The position numbers and the translations under genes are program-made. From Spirochaetaceae bacterium (GTDB lineage Bacteria > Spirochaetota > Spirochaetia > DSM-2461), in assembly GCA_051531975.1 (NCBI GenBank), contig JAOPTT010000006.1, positions 494,977-558,976 on the forward strand: 64,000 bases of DNA, written 5' to 3'. Shown piece after piece: positions 38,526 to 47,713 of the stretch. A model generated the notes under the pieces. That model was not told the DNA's origin, ran no database searches, and saw nothing but the letters and a program-made list of their open reading frames with translations. Positions within the stretch are counted from its first letter, which is position 1. Each line of letters starts with the position of its first letter.

Positions 38526-39692
38526 ATGACAAGTGTAGAACGTGTAACACTTATAGTTTTAGATAGTGCAGGTGTTGGAGAACTTCCAGATGCTAAAGAT
38601 TTTGGAGATGTAGGTTCTAATACTTTTGCACATATAGCTGATAGTACCGGTGGTTTAAATCTTCCAAATATGGAAAAACTAGGTCTTGGTAATATCACAC
38701 CGATAAAAGGTGTTAAACCTTTAGAAAATTCATCTGGAGCATATGGAAAAGCTGATGAAAAATCTAAAGGTAAGGACACCACTGTTGGACATTGGGAACT
38801 TGCTGGTCTTGTAAAAGATACTCCATTTCCATCATATCCAAATGGTTTTAGTAAAGAAGTATTAGATGAACTTACAAAAAGAACTGGTCGTAGTTGTTTA
38901 TGTAATAAACCATATTCAGGAACAACAGTATTAGATGATTATGGAAAGGAACAAAATGAAACAGGTAGTTGGATTATTTATACATCTGCTGACCCGGTAC
39001 TTCAAATTGCTGCCCATGAAGATTCGATACCTTTAAAAGAGTTATATAAAGCTTGTGAAATTGCTTTAGAGATTTGTAACGAAAAATCCCCAGTTGCAAG
39101 AGTAATTGCTAGACCATATCTAGGAGAAGATGGCAACTACACTAGAACTACAAATAGACATGATTATGCAATTAGTCCTGATGGCCCAACAGTTTTAGAT
39201 AGAATCAAAGCTGGGAATAAAGATGTTATAGCTATTGGTAAAATAAGCGATATTTTTTGTGGCCAAGGAATAACTGATACTAGAGGTACAAATAAAAGTA
39301 ATAAAGATGGAATTTTAAAAACTATCGCTGCTTTAAAAGAGGATACAAAAGGTCTGATTTTTACAAATCTTGTGGACTTTGACATGTTATATGGTCATAG
39401 AAGAGATCCTCTTGGATATAAAAATGCACTAGAAGAGTTTGATTCTTATCTACCTGAAATAATAGAAAATATGAAAGAATCAGAAATCTTAATACTTACA
39501 GCTGATCATGGTTGTGATCCTACTTATCCTGGATCAGATCATACAAGAGAATATATACCTGTTCTTGTTGCTGGAAAAGGACTAAATCCTACAAATTTAG
39601 GAACAAGAGAATCTTTTACTGACATCGCTTCCACAATTGAAGAGTTATTACTTGGAAATAAAATGCCTGGAAGTTTTGCTGGAGAGATTTAA
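38526..39692 (+). CDS. deoB: Phosphopentomutase (start reassigned to the ATG at 38526)
   Basis: IVLDS.G.G..PDA..FGD, GKDT..GHWE, YTSAD, NLVDFD..YGHRRD, TADHG.DP...DHTRE; RBS AAGGAG before 38526. Confidence 0.96.
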   Translation: MTSVERVTLIVLDSAGVGELPDAKDFGDVGSNTFAHIADSTGGLNLPNMEKLGLGNITPIKGVKPLENSSGAYGKADEKSKGKDTTVGHWELAGLVKDTPFPSYPNGFSKEVLDELTKRTGRSCLCNKPYSGTTVLDDYGKEQNETGSWIIYTSADPVLQIAAHEDSIPLKELYKACEIALEICNEKSPVARVIARPYLGEDGNYTRTTNRHDYAISPDGPTVLDRIKAGNKDVIAIGKISDIFCGQGITDTRGTNKSNKDGILKTIAALKEDTKGLIFTNLVDFDMLYGHRRDPLGYKNALEEFDSYLPEIIENMKESEILILTADHGCDPTYPGSDHTREYIPVLVAGKGLNPTNLGTRESFTDIASTIEELLLGNKMPGSFAGEI

Positions 39693-39706
39693 TAAAGGAG
39701 TCGTTT

Positions 39707-40099
39707 ATGACAAAAGATAAAATCTTAGAACTTATTTCTAAAGCAAAAGCAGTTAGAGATATGGCATATACACCCTACTCTAACTTTAAAGTTGGTGCTG
39801 CAGTTATTGATGATAAAGGTAATTTACATGTTGGTGCGAATGTTGAAAATGGCTCTTATGGCTTAACAAACTGTGCAGAACGAACTGCTATATTTTCTGC
39901 TGTTACAAGTGGAATGAAAAGTATTTCAGCAATTGCAATCATAGCAGATACTACTGATCCAGTTAGTCCTTGTGGTGCGTGCAGACAAGTTGTTAGTGAA
40001 TTTTCTGACAATAATACTGTTGTAATATTAGCAAATTTAAAAATGGACTATGTGGTTATGAATATTGATGAAATATTACCATATAGATTTAAATTATAA
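39707..40099 (+). CDS. cdd: Cytidine deaminase (homotetrameric type)
   Basis: AY.PYS.F.VGAA, NVEN.SYG...CAER, SPCGACRQ. Confidence 0.96.
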   Translation: MTKDKILELISKAKAVRDMAYTPYSNFKVGAAVIDDKGNLHVGANVENGSYGLTNCAERTAIFSAVTSGMKSISAIAIIADTTDPVSPCGACRQVVSEFSDNNTVVILANLKMDYVVMNIDEILPYRFKL

Positions 40100-40110
40100 G
40101 GAGAATTTTT

Positions 40111-40362
40111 TTGGATTTTTTTGGAATAAACTTTTTAGAACTTTTTGGATATTTAGGCTCATTTGTAGTACTTGTATCACTTACAATGAGTTCTATAGTC
40201 AAGCTTAGATGGATAAACCTTCTAGGTGCTACTATGTTTACAATTTATGCACTTATGATTGGTGCATACCCTGCAATTTTTATGAATGCAGGTATAATAG
40301 TAATTGATATTTACTACCTAATCAAACTTTACAAACTACAACATCAAACTACATTTTGTTAA
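40111..40362 (+). CDS. Small membrane protein, YgjV/Imp-like (3 TM)
   Basis: GY..S..V..S..M......LR.INL.GA..F..Y.......P....N; TTG start with AAGGAG RBS. Confidence 0.72.
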   Translation: MDFFGINFLELFGYLGSFVVLVSLTMSSIVKLRWINLLGATMFTIYALMIGAYPAIFMNAGIIVIDIYYLIKLYKLQHQTTFC

Positions 40363-40378
40363 TAGATGCTAATAATAA

Positions 40379-40406
40379 GGCTACTCATTTTGAGTAGTTT
40401 TTTTTT
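40379..40406 (+). terminator. Rho-independent terminator ending the pdp-add-deoC-deoB-cdd unit
   Basis: GGCTACTCA-TTT-TGAGTAG followed by a T9 run. Confidence 0.85.
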
Positions 40407-40425
40407 GGTCAAATCGAAAGTCAGA

Positions 40426-40510
40426 TGTAACAAAATGTAATCCATTGAATTAAATGACACTTTATTACATTTTTCATTTGACGTATTACATATTCAAATG
40501 TAAGATTACA
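40426..40510 (+). promoter_or_regulatory. Promoter of the nucleoside ABC operon with TGTAA/TTACA half-sites
   Basis: TTGACG(40478)-N17-TAAGAT(40501); TGTAA at 40426, 40436, 40499; TTACA at 40465, 40486, 40506. Confidence 0.65.
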
Positions 40511-40537
40511 GCATTAGAGAGAAAGGAAGGAAAACGA

Positions 40538-41608
40538 ATGAAATTATTTAAACTTTTAATTATTGGATTAGTAACAATGCTTGTTGCTGTTTCATGTTCA
40601 AAAGAAGAAACAAAAGTGACTACAACAAAAATTGGTATGGTTACAGATGCTGGAACAATAGATGATAAATCTTTTAACCAAGGAACATGGGAAGGAATAT
40701 TAGAAGCAGAAAAAGAGTTAAAAATCCAACCAAAATATCTTAAACCAGCTGGAACAACTGAAGCTGATTATTTAAAAGAGATTGGAAACCTTAACGATGC
40801 AGGTTACAAATTCATTGTTACTCCTGGATTCAAATTTGAAACAACAATATTTATTGCTCAAACTAAATACCCAGATACAAAGTTTGTAATTTTAGATGGT
40901 TCTCCCCACGCTGGAGACTACAACAATGTTGTGGGACCAAATACTGTCGCTATATTTTTTGCAGAGCACGAAGCTGGTTTCTTAGCTGGTTTTGCAGCAG
41001 CAGTAGAATTGCAAGAAGGTGATTTTGGATTTATTGGTGGGATGGAAATACCTCCAGTACAAAAATTTAACTGGGGATTCCAACAAGGTGTAGCATATGC
41101 AAATAAAGAGTATGGAACATCTATCACTTTAAAACCAGAAAATATCTTATATCAAGGAACATTTCATGATGTAGCAGCTGGTCAACAGTTAGCAGCTCAA
41201 ATGTTTGATAGAGATGTAGATGCTATATTCTGTGCAGCTGGAGGAGTTGGTGTTGGTGCTATTAACGAAGCAAAAGCTAGAGCTTCCCAAGGAGCTAAAA
41301 CATGGATAATTGGTGTAGATGTTGACCAATATACAGATGGTATATACAAAGATGAAACTTCTGTAATTTTAACATCAGCTGTTAAAAAAATCGATGTTGC
41401 AACATTTAAAATGATTGATGCAGACTTAAGTGATGAATTTCCAGGTGGAAAAACACTTCTTTTTGATTCTCTAAATAATGGTGTAGGAATTCCTATATTA
41501 AATCCTAACCTTTCAATTGAGACAGAAGTTAAAGCTAAAGAGATCTTTGGTATGTTAAAAGCTGGATTACTTGCAGTTTCAGGCGAACAAGGTGAATTAA
41601 TTAAATAA
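40538..41608 (+). CDS. BMP-family nucleoside-binding lipoprotein (PnrA/TmpC-like); start reassigned to 40538
   Basis: Lipobox VAVSC; VTD.G.IDD.SFNQ..WEG, F.E.EAG.LAG, IGVD.DQ, TSA.K. Confidence 0.93.
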   Translation: MKLFKLLIIGLVTMLVAVSCSKEETKVTTTKIGMVTDAGTIDDKSFNQGTWEGILEAEKELKIQPKYLKPAGTTEADYLKEIGNLNDAGYKFIVTPGFKFETTIFIAQTKYPDTKFVILDGSPHAGDYNNVVGPNTVAIFFAEHEAGFLAGFAAAVELQEGDFGFIGGMEIPPVQKFNWGFQQGVAYANKEYGTSITLKPENILYQGTFHDVAAGQQLAAQMFDRDVDAIFCAAGGVGVGAINEAKARASQGAKTWIIGVDVDQYTDGIYKDETSVILTSAVKKIDVATFKMIDADLSDEFPGGKTLLFDSLNNGVGIPILNPNLSIETEVKAKEIFGMLKAGLLAVSGEQGELIK

Positions 41609-41614
41609 ATAATA

Positions 41615-41633
41615 TGGGGCATTTAATGCCCCA
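41615..41633 (+). other. GC-rich hairpin without U-tract between the binding protein and ATPase genes (likely mRNA-stabilising)
   Basis: TGGGGCATT-T-AATGCCCCA. Confidence 0.55.
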
Positions 41634-41650
41634 ACAACGGGAGGGACTAA

Positions 41651-43177
41651 ATGGACTATGTAGTTGAAATGTGTAATATAACTAAAGAGTTTCCAGGTAT
41701 AATTGCAAATGATAATATATCTATAAATCTTAAAAAGGGTGAAATTTTAGCCCTATTAGGTGAAAACGGAGCAGGTAAATCAACACTAATGAGTATACTT
41801 TTTGGTTTATATAAAGCCGAAAAGGGTGATATAAAAGTTAATGGTAAAAAAGTAAAAATTAATAACCCAAATCAAGCCGGTGATTTAGGTATTGGTATGG
41901 TACATCAACACTTTAAATTAGTTCATAACTTTACAGTTACAGAAAATATTGTTCTAGGGATGGAACCAAAAGGTCTATCATTAAACCTTGATACGGCATC
42001 AAAAAGAATTAAAGAGTTATCAGATAAATATAATTTAGATGTAGATCCAAATGCAAAGATTGAAGATGTTTCAGTTGGGATGCAACAGCGAGTTGAAATT
42101 CTTAAAATGTTATATAGAAATGCAGAAGTATTAATATTTGATGAACCTACAGCTGTATTAACTCCACAAGAAATAAAAGAATTATTAAAAATAATGAAGA
42201 ACTTAATAAATGAAGATAAATCAATTATATTAATAACTCATAAATTAAAAGAGATTAAAGAAGCAGCAGACCGTTGTACAGTAATTAGACGTGGTAAAGT
42301 AATTCAAACAGTGGAAGTAAAAGATAGCTCTGTATCTGATATGGCAGAGATGATGGTAGGTAGAAAAGTATCATTTAAAATTGATAAAAAAGAAAAACAA
42401 TTAGGTGAAACAATCCTTGATATAAAAAATATAAATGTCCTAAATAGCAGAAGAGTTTTAGGTCTTAAAGATTTCTCATTATCTGTTAAAAGTGGAGAAA
42501 TTGTTGGTATTGCAGGAGTTGATGGAAATGGACAAAGTGAACTTATTGAAGCAATTACTGGTTTAAGACCATTAGAAAGTGGACATATTTATCATAAAGG
42601 TTCTGATATTTCTAATTATACAATAAATGAAAGATTTAAATCTGGAATATCACATATCCCAGAGGACAGACATAAACATGGTCTGGTCTTAGACTACTCA
42701 ATTGAAGAAAATATGGTATTAGAAGTTATTTCTGATCAGCCCTTTTCAAAAAATGGTTTCATTAAAAAAGAACCAATAAGAAAACATGCTGAAGAAATAA
42801 TTACAGATTTTGATGTTAGATCTGGCCAGGGTGCTATTACAAAAACAAGATCTATGTCCGGTGGAAACCAGCAAAAAGCAATTATTGGACGTGAAATAAA
42901 GCATAACCCAGATCTTTTAATTGCAGTACAACCAACTAGAGGGTTAGATGTTGGATCAATTGAATATATCCATAAAAGACTAATTGAACAGAGAGACAAT
43001 GGTAAAGCTGTTATTTTAATTTCATTAGAACTTGATGAGGTTTTAGATCTATCAGATAGAATTGCTGTTGTAAATAGTGGAAATTTAATAGGAATTGTTG
43101 ATTCCAAAAAAACTAATGAAAACGAAGTTGGATTAATGATGGCTGGAATAAACAAAGGAGAAAACATTGAAAAATAG
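41651..43177 (+). CDS. Nucleoside ABC transporter ATP-binding protein (two ABC domains)
   Basis: GENGAGKST, VHQHF, DEPTAVL, SGGNQQK, PTRGLD. Confidence 0.94.
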   Translation: MDYVVEMCNITKEFPGIIANDNISINLKKGEILALLGENGAGKSTLMSILFGLYKAEKGDIKVNGKKVKINNPNQAGDLGIGMVHQHFKLVHNFTVTENIVLGMEPKGLSLNLDTASKRIKELSDKYNLDVDPNAKIEDVSVGMQQRVEILKMLYRNAEVLIFDEPTAVLTPQEIKELLKIMKNLINEDKSIILITHKLKEIKEAADRCTVIRRGKVIQTVEVKDSSVSDMAEMMVGRKVSFKIDKKEKQLGETILDIKNINVLNSRRVLGLKDFSLSVKSGEIVGIAGVDGNGQSELIEAITGLRPLESGHIYHKGSDISNYTINERFKSGISHIPEDRHKHGLVLDYSIEENMVLEVISDQPFSKNGFIKKEPIRKHAEEIITDFDVRSGQGAITKTRSMSGGNQQKAIIGREIKHNPDLLIAVQPTRGLDVGSIEYIHKRLIEQRDNGKAVILISLELDEVLDLSDRIAVVNSGNLIGIVDSKKTNENEVGLMMAGINKGENIEK

Positions 43178-44216
43178 AAAACTATGGGTTGCTATAATTT
43201 CGGTTATTTTAGGTTTACTAGCCGGAGCTATTTTAATGGCACTTATTGGTAATAATCCTTTTGAAGGTTATTTATACCTATTCAAAGGTGGATTAATGAG
43301 TGTAGAGAGAGTTGGTAATACACTTGCCACTGCTACACCAATTATTTTAACTGGTCTCTCTGTTGCTTTTGCCTTTAAAACTGGTCTATTTAACATTGGT
43401 GCTTCAGGACAAATGTTAATGGGAGGTCTAGCTGCAACAGCAGTAGCTTTAACTGTAACTCTACCTAAACCATTAATGTTACCAATAATTATTTTAGCTT
43501 CAATTATAGGTGGTGGATTATGGGGTTTTGTTCCCGGTTATTTAAAAGCTAAGTTTAATGTAAACGAAGTTGTTGCAACAATAATGATGAATTGGATTGC
43601 ATACTGGACAGTTTATTATACTGTTCCTGCTTATTTCAAAGGTCAATCATTAGAAACTGAATCAAGAATTATTCCTTTTTTTGCATCGTTAAAAGTTAAA
43701 TGGTTAACAGATCTATTTGATGGTTCTTATATGAATCTAGGTTTTATTCTAGCAATTATTGTGGTTATTGTAATTTCAATTATTTTAAATAGAACTGTAA
43801 TTGGTTTTCAGATGAAAGCTGCTGGATATAATAGAGATGCTGCAGAATATGCAGGAATGAACGTAAATAAAAACATAATACTTTCTATGGTTATAGCCGG
43901 TAGTTTAGCTGGTTTAGCTGGGGCAACTTATTATATAGGTTACTCTTCAAATATTCAGATAGGTATATTACCAACTGCGGGATTTGATGGGATTGCCGTT
44001 GCTTTATTGGGAGCAAACAATCCATACGGTGCAATGGCTGGAGCAATTTTCTTTGGATTATTACATTCAGGAAAAGGATTTATGAGCGCCATGACAGATA
44101 TTCCTCCAGAAATTGGAGATACAATTATTGCAACTATTATATATTTCTCTGCTGTTAGTGTTTTAATTGAGAGATTCTTAATATCAATATCAAAAAAAAT
44201 TAAGGAGCGAAAATAA
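43167..44216 (+). CDS. Nucleoside ABC transporter permease
   Basis: GLFNIG..GQ, NEV..TIM.N, GFDGI.VALLG. Confidence 0.93.
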   Translation: MKNRKLWVAIISVILGLLAGAILMALIGNNPFEGYLYLFKGGLMSVERVGNTLATATPIILTGLSVAFAFKTGLFNIGASGQMLMGGLAATAVALTVTLPKPLMLPIIILASIIGGGLWGFVPGYLKAKFNVNEVVATIMMNWIAYWTVYYTVPAYFKGQSLETESRIIPFFASLKVKWLTDLFDGSYMNLGFILAIIVVIVISIILNRTVIGFQMKAAGYNRDAAEYAGMNVNKNIILSMVIAGSLAGLAGATYYIGYSSNIQIGILPTAGFDGIAVALLGANNPYGAMAGAIFFGLLHSGKGFMSAMTDIPPEIGDTIIATIIYFSAVSVLIERFLISISKKIKERK

Positions 44217-45163
44217 TGGATGTAATTTTAAACTTATTCCCATATGCTATTGCTTTTACAATACCACTTTTAATTACAAGTTTAGGTGGTCTATTTAGTG
44301 AACGAAGTGGAGTTGTAAATATTGGTCTAGAGGGATTAATGATTGTTGGTTCTTTTGCTAGTGCAATTGTTATTAGTAGTGTTCAGGATATATTTCCACC
44401 AACTGTAGCTCTTTGGCTAGGATTATTTGCAGCAATGTTATTTGGTGCGTTATTTTCACTATTACATGCATTTGCTAGTGTTAGTTTAAATGCAAATCAG
44501 GTAATTAGTGGTACAGCTATAAACATGATAGCTGGAGCATTAACAGTTTTTATAGCAAGAAGTTTTACAGGTAGTGGTAATGTAAGAATTAGAATGGGAT
44601 TTAGTAGATTTTCTATTCCAGTTTTAAAAGATATACCAATTATTGGTAAAATGTTTTTTACTAATACATATGCTACAACCTGGTTAGTAATTCTAATATT
44701 AGTAATATCATGGTTTGTAATATATAAAACAGCATTTGGTTTACGACTTAGAGCCTGTGGTGAACATCCACAAGCTGCTGATGCTGCTGGTATTAAAGTA
44801 CATGTAATTAGGTATCTAGGAGTTATTATTTCAGGTGCGTTTGCAGGTTTAGGTGGTGGTGTAATACTAGTTACTTACTCTGGAGAATTTAATGGATCTG
44901 TTGCTGGTCTAGGATTTTTAGCATTAGCTGCATTAATCTTTGGGCAGTGGAAACCATTAGGAATTGTGGGAGCAACATTCTTTTTTGGTTTTGCGAGTAC
45001 TATTGCAAATGTATCCCAGGCAGTACCAGCATTAGCAAATATTCCTGGAATAATTTTAAAGGTATTCCCATATGTAATGACATTATTTGCATTAATACTA
45101 TTTTCAAAAAGTTCCCAAGCTCCAAAAGCAATTGGAGAACCATTTGATTCTGGTAAAAGATAA
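44216..45163 (+). CDS. Nucleoside ABC transporter permease
   Basis: SERSGVVNIGLEG, GLRLRA.GE.P.AA, GF.ALAA.IFG.W. Confidence 0.93.
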   Translation: MDVILNLFPYAIAFTIPLLITSLGGLFSERSGVVNIGLEGLMIVGSFASAIVISSVQDIFPPTVALWLGLFAAMLFGALFSLLHAFASVSLNANQVISGTAINMIAGALTVFIARSFTGSGNVRIRMGFSRFSIPVLKDIPIIGKMFFTNTYATTWLVILILVISWFVIYKTAFGLRLRACGEHPQAADAAGIKVHVIRYLGVIISGAFAGLGGGVILVTYSGEFNGSVAGLGFLALAALIFGQWKPLGIVGATFFFGFASTIANVSQAVPALANIPGIILKVFPYVMTLFALILFSKSSQAPKAIGEPFDSGKR

Positions 45164-45188
45164 TACTACAATATAATAAGGAGATAAA

Positions 45189-46016
45189 ATGAAAGATTTA
45201 GAAAATTTACAAAAAGCTGCGGAATACATACAGCAGAAAGTTACAAATATGCCTACAAGGGCAATTATTCTAGGCTCTGGTCTTGGAGAATTAGCTGAGG
45301 ATGTAAAAAATCCTGTATATTTAAATTATACTGATATCCCAGGTTTCCCTTCCTCAACTGCACCTGGCCACAAAGGTAGACTTGTTATTGGTGAATTAGA
45401 GGGAGAAAACGTACTTTTAATGCAGGGAAGATTTCACTTTTATGAAGGTTATGATATGAGTGTTGTAGTTTTCCCAGTTAGAACTATGAAACTTTTAGGT
45501 ATAAAAGACTTAATAGTTACAAATGCAGCTGGTGGAGTAAATGAATCATTTAAACCAGGTGATTTAATGTTAATTTCTGATCACCTATCAATGTTTTGTA
45601 AAAATCCACTAATGGGGCCTAACTACTCCGATTTTGGACCACGATTTAATGATATGTCAGATCCATATAACAAAAAATCTAGAGCACTAATCCATAATTT
45701 AGCAAAAGATTCTGGTCTTGATCTAAAAGAAGGTGTATATGCTTATATGACTGGACCAAGTTATGAAACTCCAGCAGAGATCAAAGCATTAAGAACTTTA
45801 GGTGCTGACGCAGTTGGAATGTCCACTGTTCCAGAAGTAACTACAGCTGTTCATGCAGGGATAAATGTATTAGGAATATCATGTATTACGAATATGGCTG
45901 CAGGTATATTAGATCAACCACTAGATGGTGATGAAGTTATAGAAACAGGTCAAAAAGTTAAAGTTAAATTCTCTAAACTAATTGTTGATATTTTAAAATC
46001 AGACATATTAAGTTAA
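45189..46016 (+). CDS. punA: Purine-nucleoside phosphorylase (trimeric type, PunA-like)
   Basis: ILGSGLG, GRFHFYEG, TNAAGG, GPSYETPAE, AVGMSTVPE, ITN.A. Confidence 0.93.
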   Translation: MKDLENLQKAAEYIQQKVTNMPTRAIILGSGLGELAEDVKNPVYLNYTDIPGFPSSTAPGHKGRLVIGELEGENVLLMQGRFHFYEGYDMSVVVFPVRTMKLLGIKDLIVTNAAGGVNESFKPGDLMLISDHLSMFCKNPLMGPNYSDFGPRFNDMSDPYNKKSRALIHNLAKDSGLDLKEGVYAYMTGPSYETPAEIKALRTLGADAVGMSTVPEVTTAVHAGINVLGISCITNMAAGILDQPLDGDEVIETGQKVKVKFSKLIVDILKSDILS

Positions 46017-46042
46017 AAACTTAATTTCACCTTGAATTTCTG

Positions 46043-46076
46043 CCTAGATCTATTAGAATTCAATAATGGATCTAGG
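46043..46076. repeat. 13-bp inverted repeat overlapping the putative promoter and RBS of the hydrogenase operon
   Basis: CCTAGATCTATTA-gaattcaa-TAATGGATCTAGG; AGGAG at 46074-46078, ATG at 46085. Confidence 0.75.
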
Positions 46077-46084
46077 AGAAAATC

Positions 46085-47710
46085 ATGAAGGATAAAGAGA
46101 GTGTAATAGATACATTATTAGTAGAATATAAATTAAAAAAATTTAATCTATTAGATATCTTAACAGATATAAAAAGAGAGTTTAAGACTATAAGTCCAGA
46201 ACTAATTCTTCTATTATCCAAAAAATTAAAAATACCAGCAATAAAAATTGAAGAAGTTCTTACGTTTTATAGTTTTTTAGGTACTGAAAACACTGGAAAA
46301 TACACTATAAGAGTCTGTAAAACTATCTCATGCATTATTGCTAATAAATCAGAAATACTTAATGTAATAGAAATTGAAACAAATACTAAACTAAACAGTA
46401 CCTCAGAAGATAATCTATTTACAATAAAAGAGTGTAACTGTCTTGGAATGTGTGACCAGGGACCTGCTATTTTAATAAATAACATTTTATTATCATCAAT
46501 TAAATCTTATGACATTCCAGTTATAATCACATCATGTAAAAATGGTAATTTTAATGATAAATATGGCCATAGATATGTATCAAATATACATAAAAAATCA
46601 GAATTATACAATTTTCTTGAATCTAAAAGTAATTTCAACTATTTAATCTTATCAGCAGAGGAGATAATAAAAAAAATAACTGAATCAGGGCTAAGAGGTC
46701 GAGGTGGAGCAGGCTTCCCTACTGGCCTTAAATGGGAAACTACTAAAAAAATAAAATCCGATATTAAATATATAATCTGTAATGCAGATGAAGGAGAACC
46801 GGGAACTTTTAAAGATCGTTTCTTACTTGATAAATACCCGGATAAAGTTATTGATGGTTTATTAGCTGGTGCAAAAGCTATTGGAGCTACTGAAGCAGTA
46901 ATATATTTACGAGCAGAGTATACATATTTATTAGAAAAACTTCAAAAAGCAATAGATGAATATGATTTTAATATCTCAATACATCTTGGTAGTGGTTCCT
47001 ATGTTTGTGGAGAAGAAACCGCATTAATTGAATCCCTTGAAGGCCACAGAGGAGAAGCTAGAATAAAACCACCTTACCCTACAGAATATGGATTTAGAGG
47101 AAAACCTACTGTTGTAAATAATGTAGAAACTCTAGTTGATGTGAGCTTAATTCTTGAACATGGAGTATCATTTTTTAATTCAGTAGGAACAGACAAATCT
47201 AAAGGTACTAAGTTTTTTAGTATATCTGGGGATTTAGAAAAACCGGGAATATATGAACTTCCATTTGGAATTACAATCCATGAGTTATTAAATGAACTTA
47301 ATGTTATAGATGTTCAATCAGTACAGATGGGAGGAGCATCAGGTCTAAATATAGCTCCAAAAGACTTTAAAAATGTTATAGCCTACGAAGCTGTACCTTC
47401 TGGTGGTTCAATAATTATTTTTAATAAATATAGAGATATGCTTAAAGTTGCTCAAAATTTCATGGAGTTTTTTGTAGAAGAATCATGTGGACAATGTGTA
47501 CCCTGCCGAGAAGGTTCTATTAAAATATTAGATGGCATAAATCAGATTATACGGGGTAACGGTTCTAAATTTTATTTAGCTAAACTTATATTATTAGCAA
47601 ACAACATTATGATCTCTTCTAAGTGTGGCTTAGGTCAGGTATGCGGAAATTCTTTTATATCAATTATAGAAAATAATCGGCAAGAAATTGAATCTAGGTG
47701 TAAGGAGTAA
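46085..47710 (+). CDS. Fused NuoE-NuoF-like (HydC-HydB) flavin/NADH-binding hydrogenase subunit
   Basis: CKTISC...CLGMC [2Fe-2S]; SGLRGRGGAGFPTG.KW; NADEGEPGTFKDR; YVCGEETAL; ESCGQC.PCR.G...C [4Fe-4S]. Confidence 0.92.
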   Translation: MKDKESVIDTLLVEYKLKKFNLLDILTDIKREFKTISPELILLLSKKLKIPAIKIEEVLTFYSFLGTENTGKYTIRVCKTISCIIANKSEILNVIEIETNTKLNSTSEDNLFTIKECNCLGMCDQGPAILINNILLSSIKSYDIPVIITSCKNGNFNDKYGHRYVSNIHKKSELYNFLESKSNFNYLILSAEEIIKKITESGLRGRGGAGFPTGLKWETTKKIKSDIKYIICNADEGEPGTFKDRFLLDKYPDKVIDGLLAGAKAIGATEAVIYLRAEYTYLLEKLQKAIDEYDFNISIHLGSGSYVCGEETALIESLEGHRGEARIKPPYPTEYGFRGKPTVVNNVETLVDVSLILEHGVSFFNSVGTDKSKGTKFFSISGDLEKPGIYELPFGITIHELLNELNVIDVQSVQMGGASGLNIAPKDFKNVIAYEAVPSGGSIIIFNKYRDMLKVAQNFMEFFVEESCGQCVPCREGSIKILDGINQIIRGNGSKFYLAKLILLANNIMISSKCGLGQVCGNSFISIIENNRQEIESRCKE

Positions 47711-47713
47711 ATA

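Noticed and set aside
40454..40537. N-terminal extensions in the ORF track (BMP 40454, deoB 38499, moxR 49539, batD 54522, small ORF 17270)
   Set aside because: Downstream ATGs have better RBSs or signal peptides; the extensions run through promoters or upstream genes
46085..47710. Respiratory complex I nuoEF
   Set aside because: No other nuo genes; directly followed by an H-cluster-containing HydA
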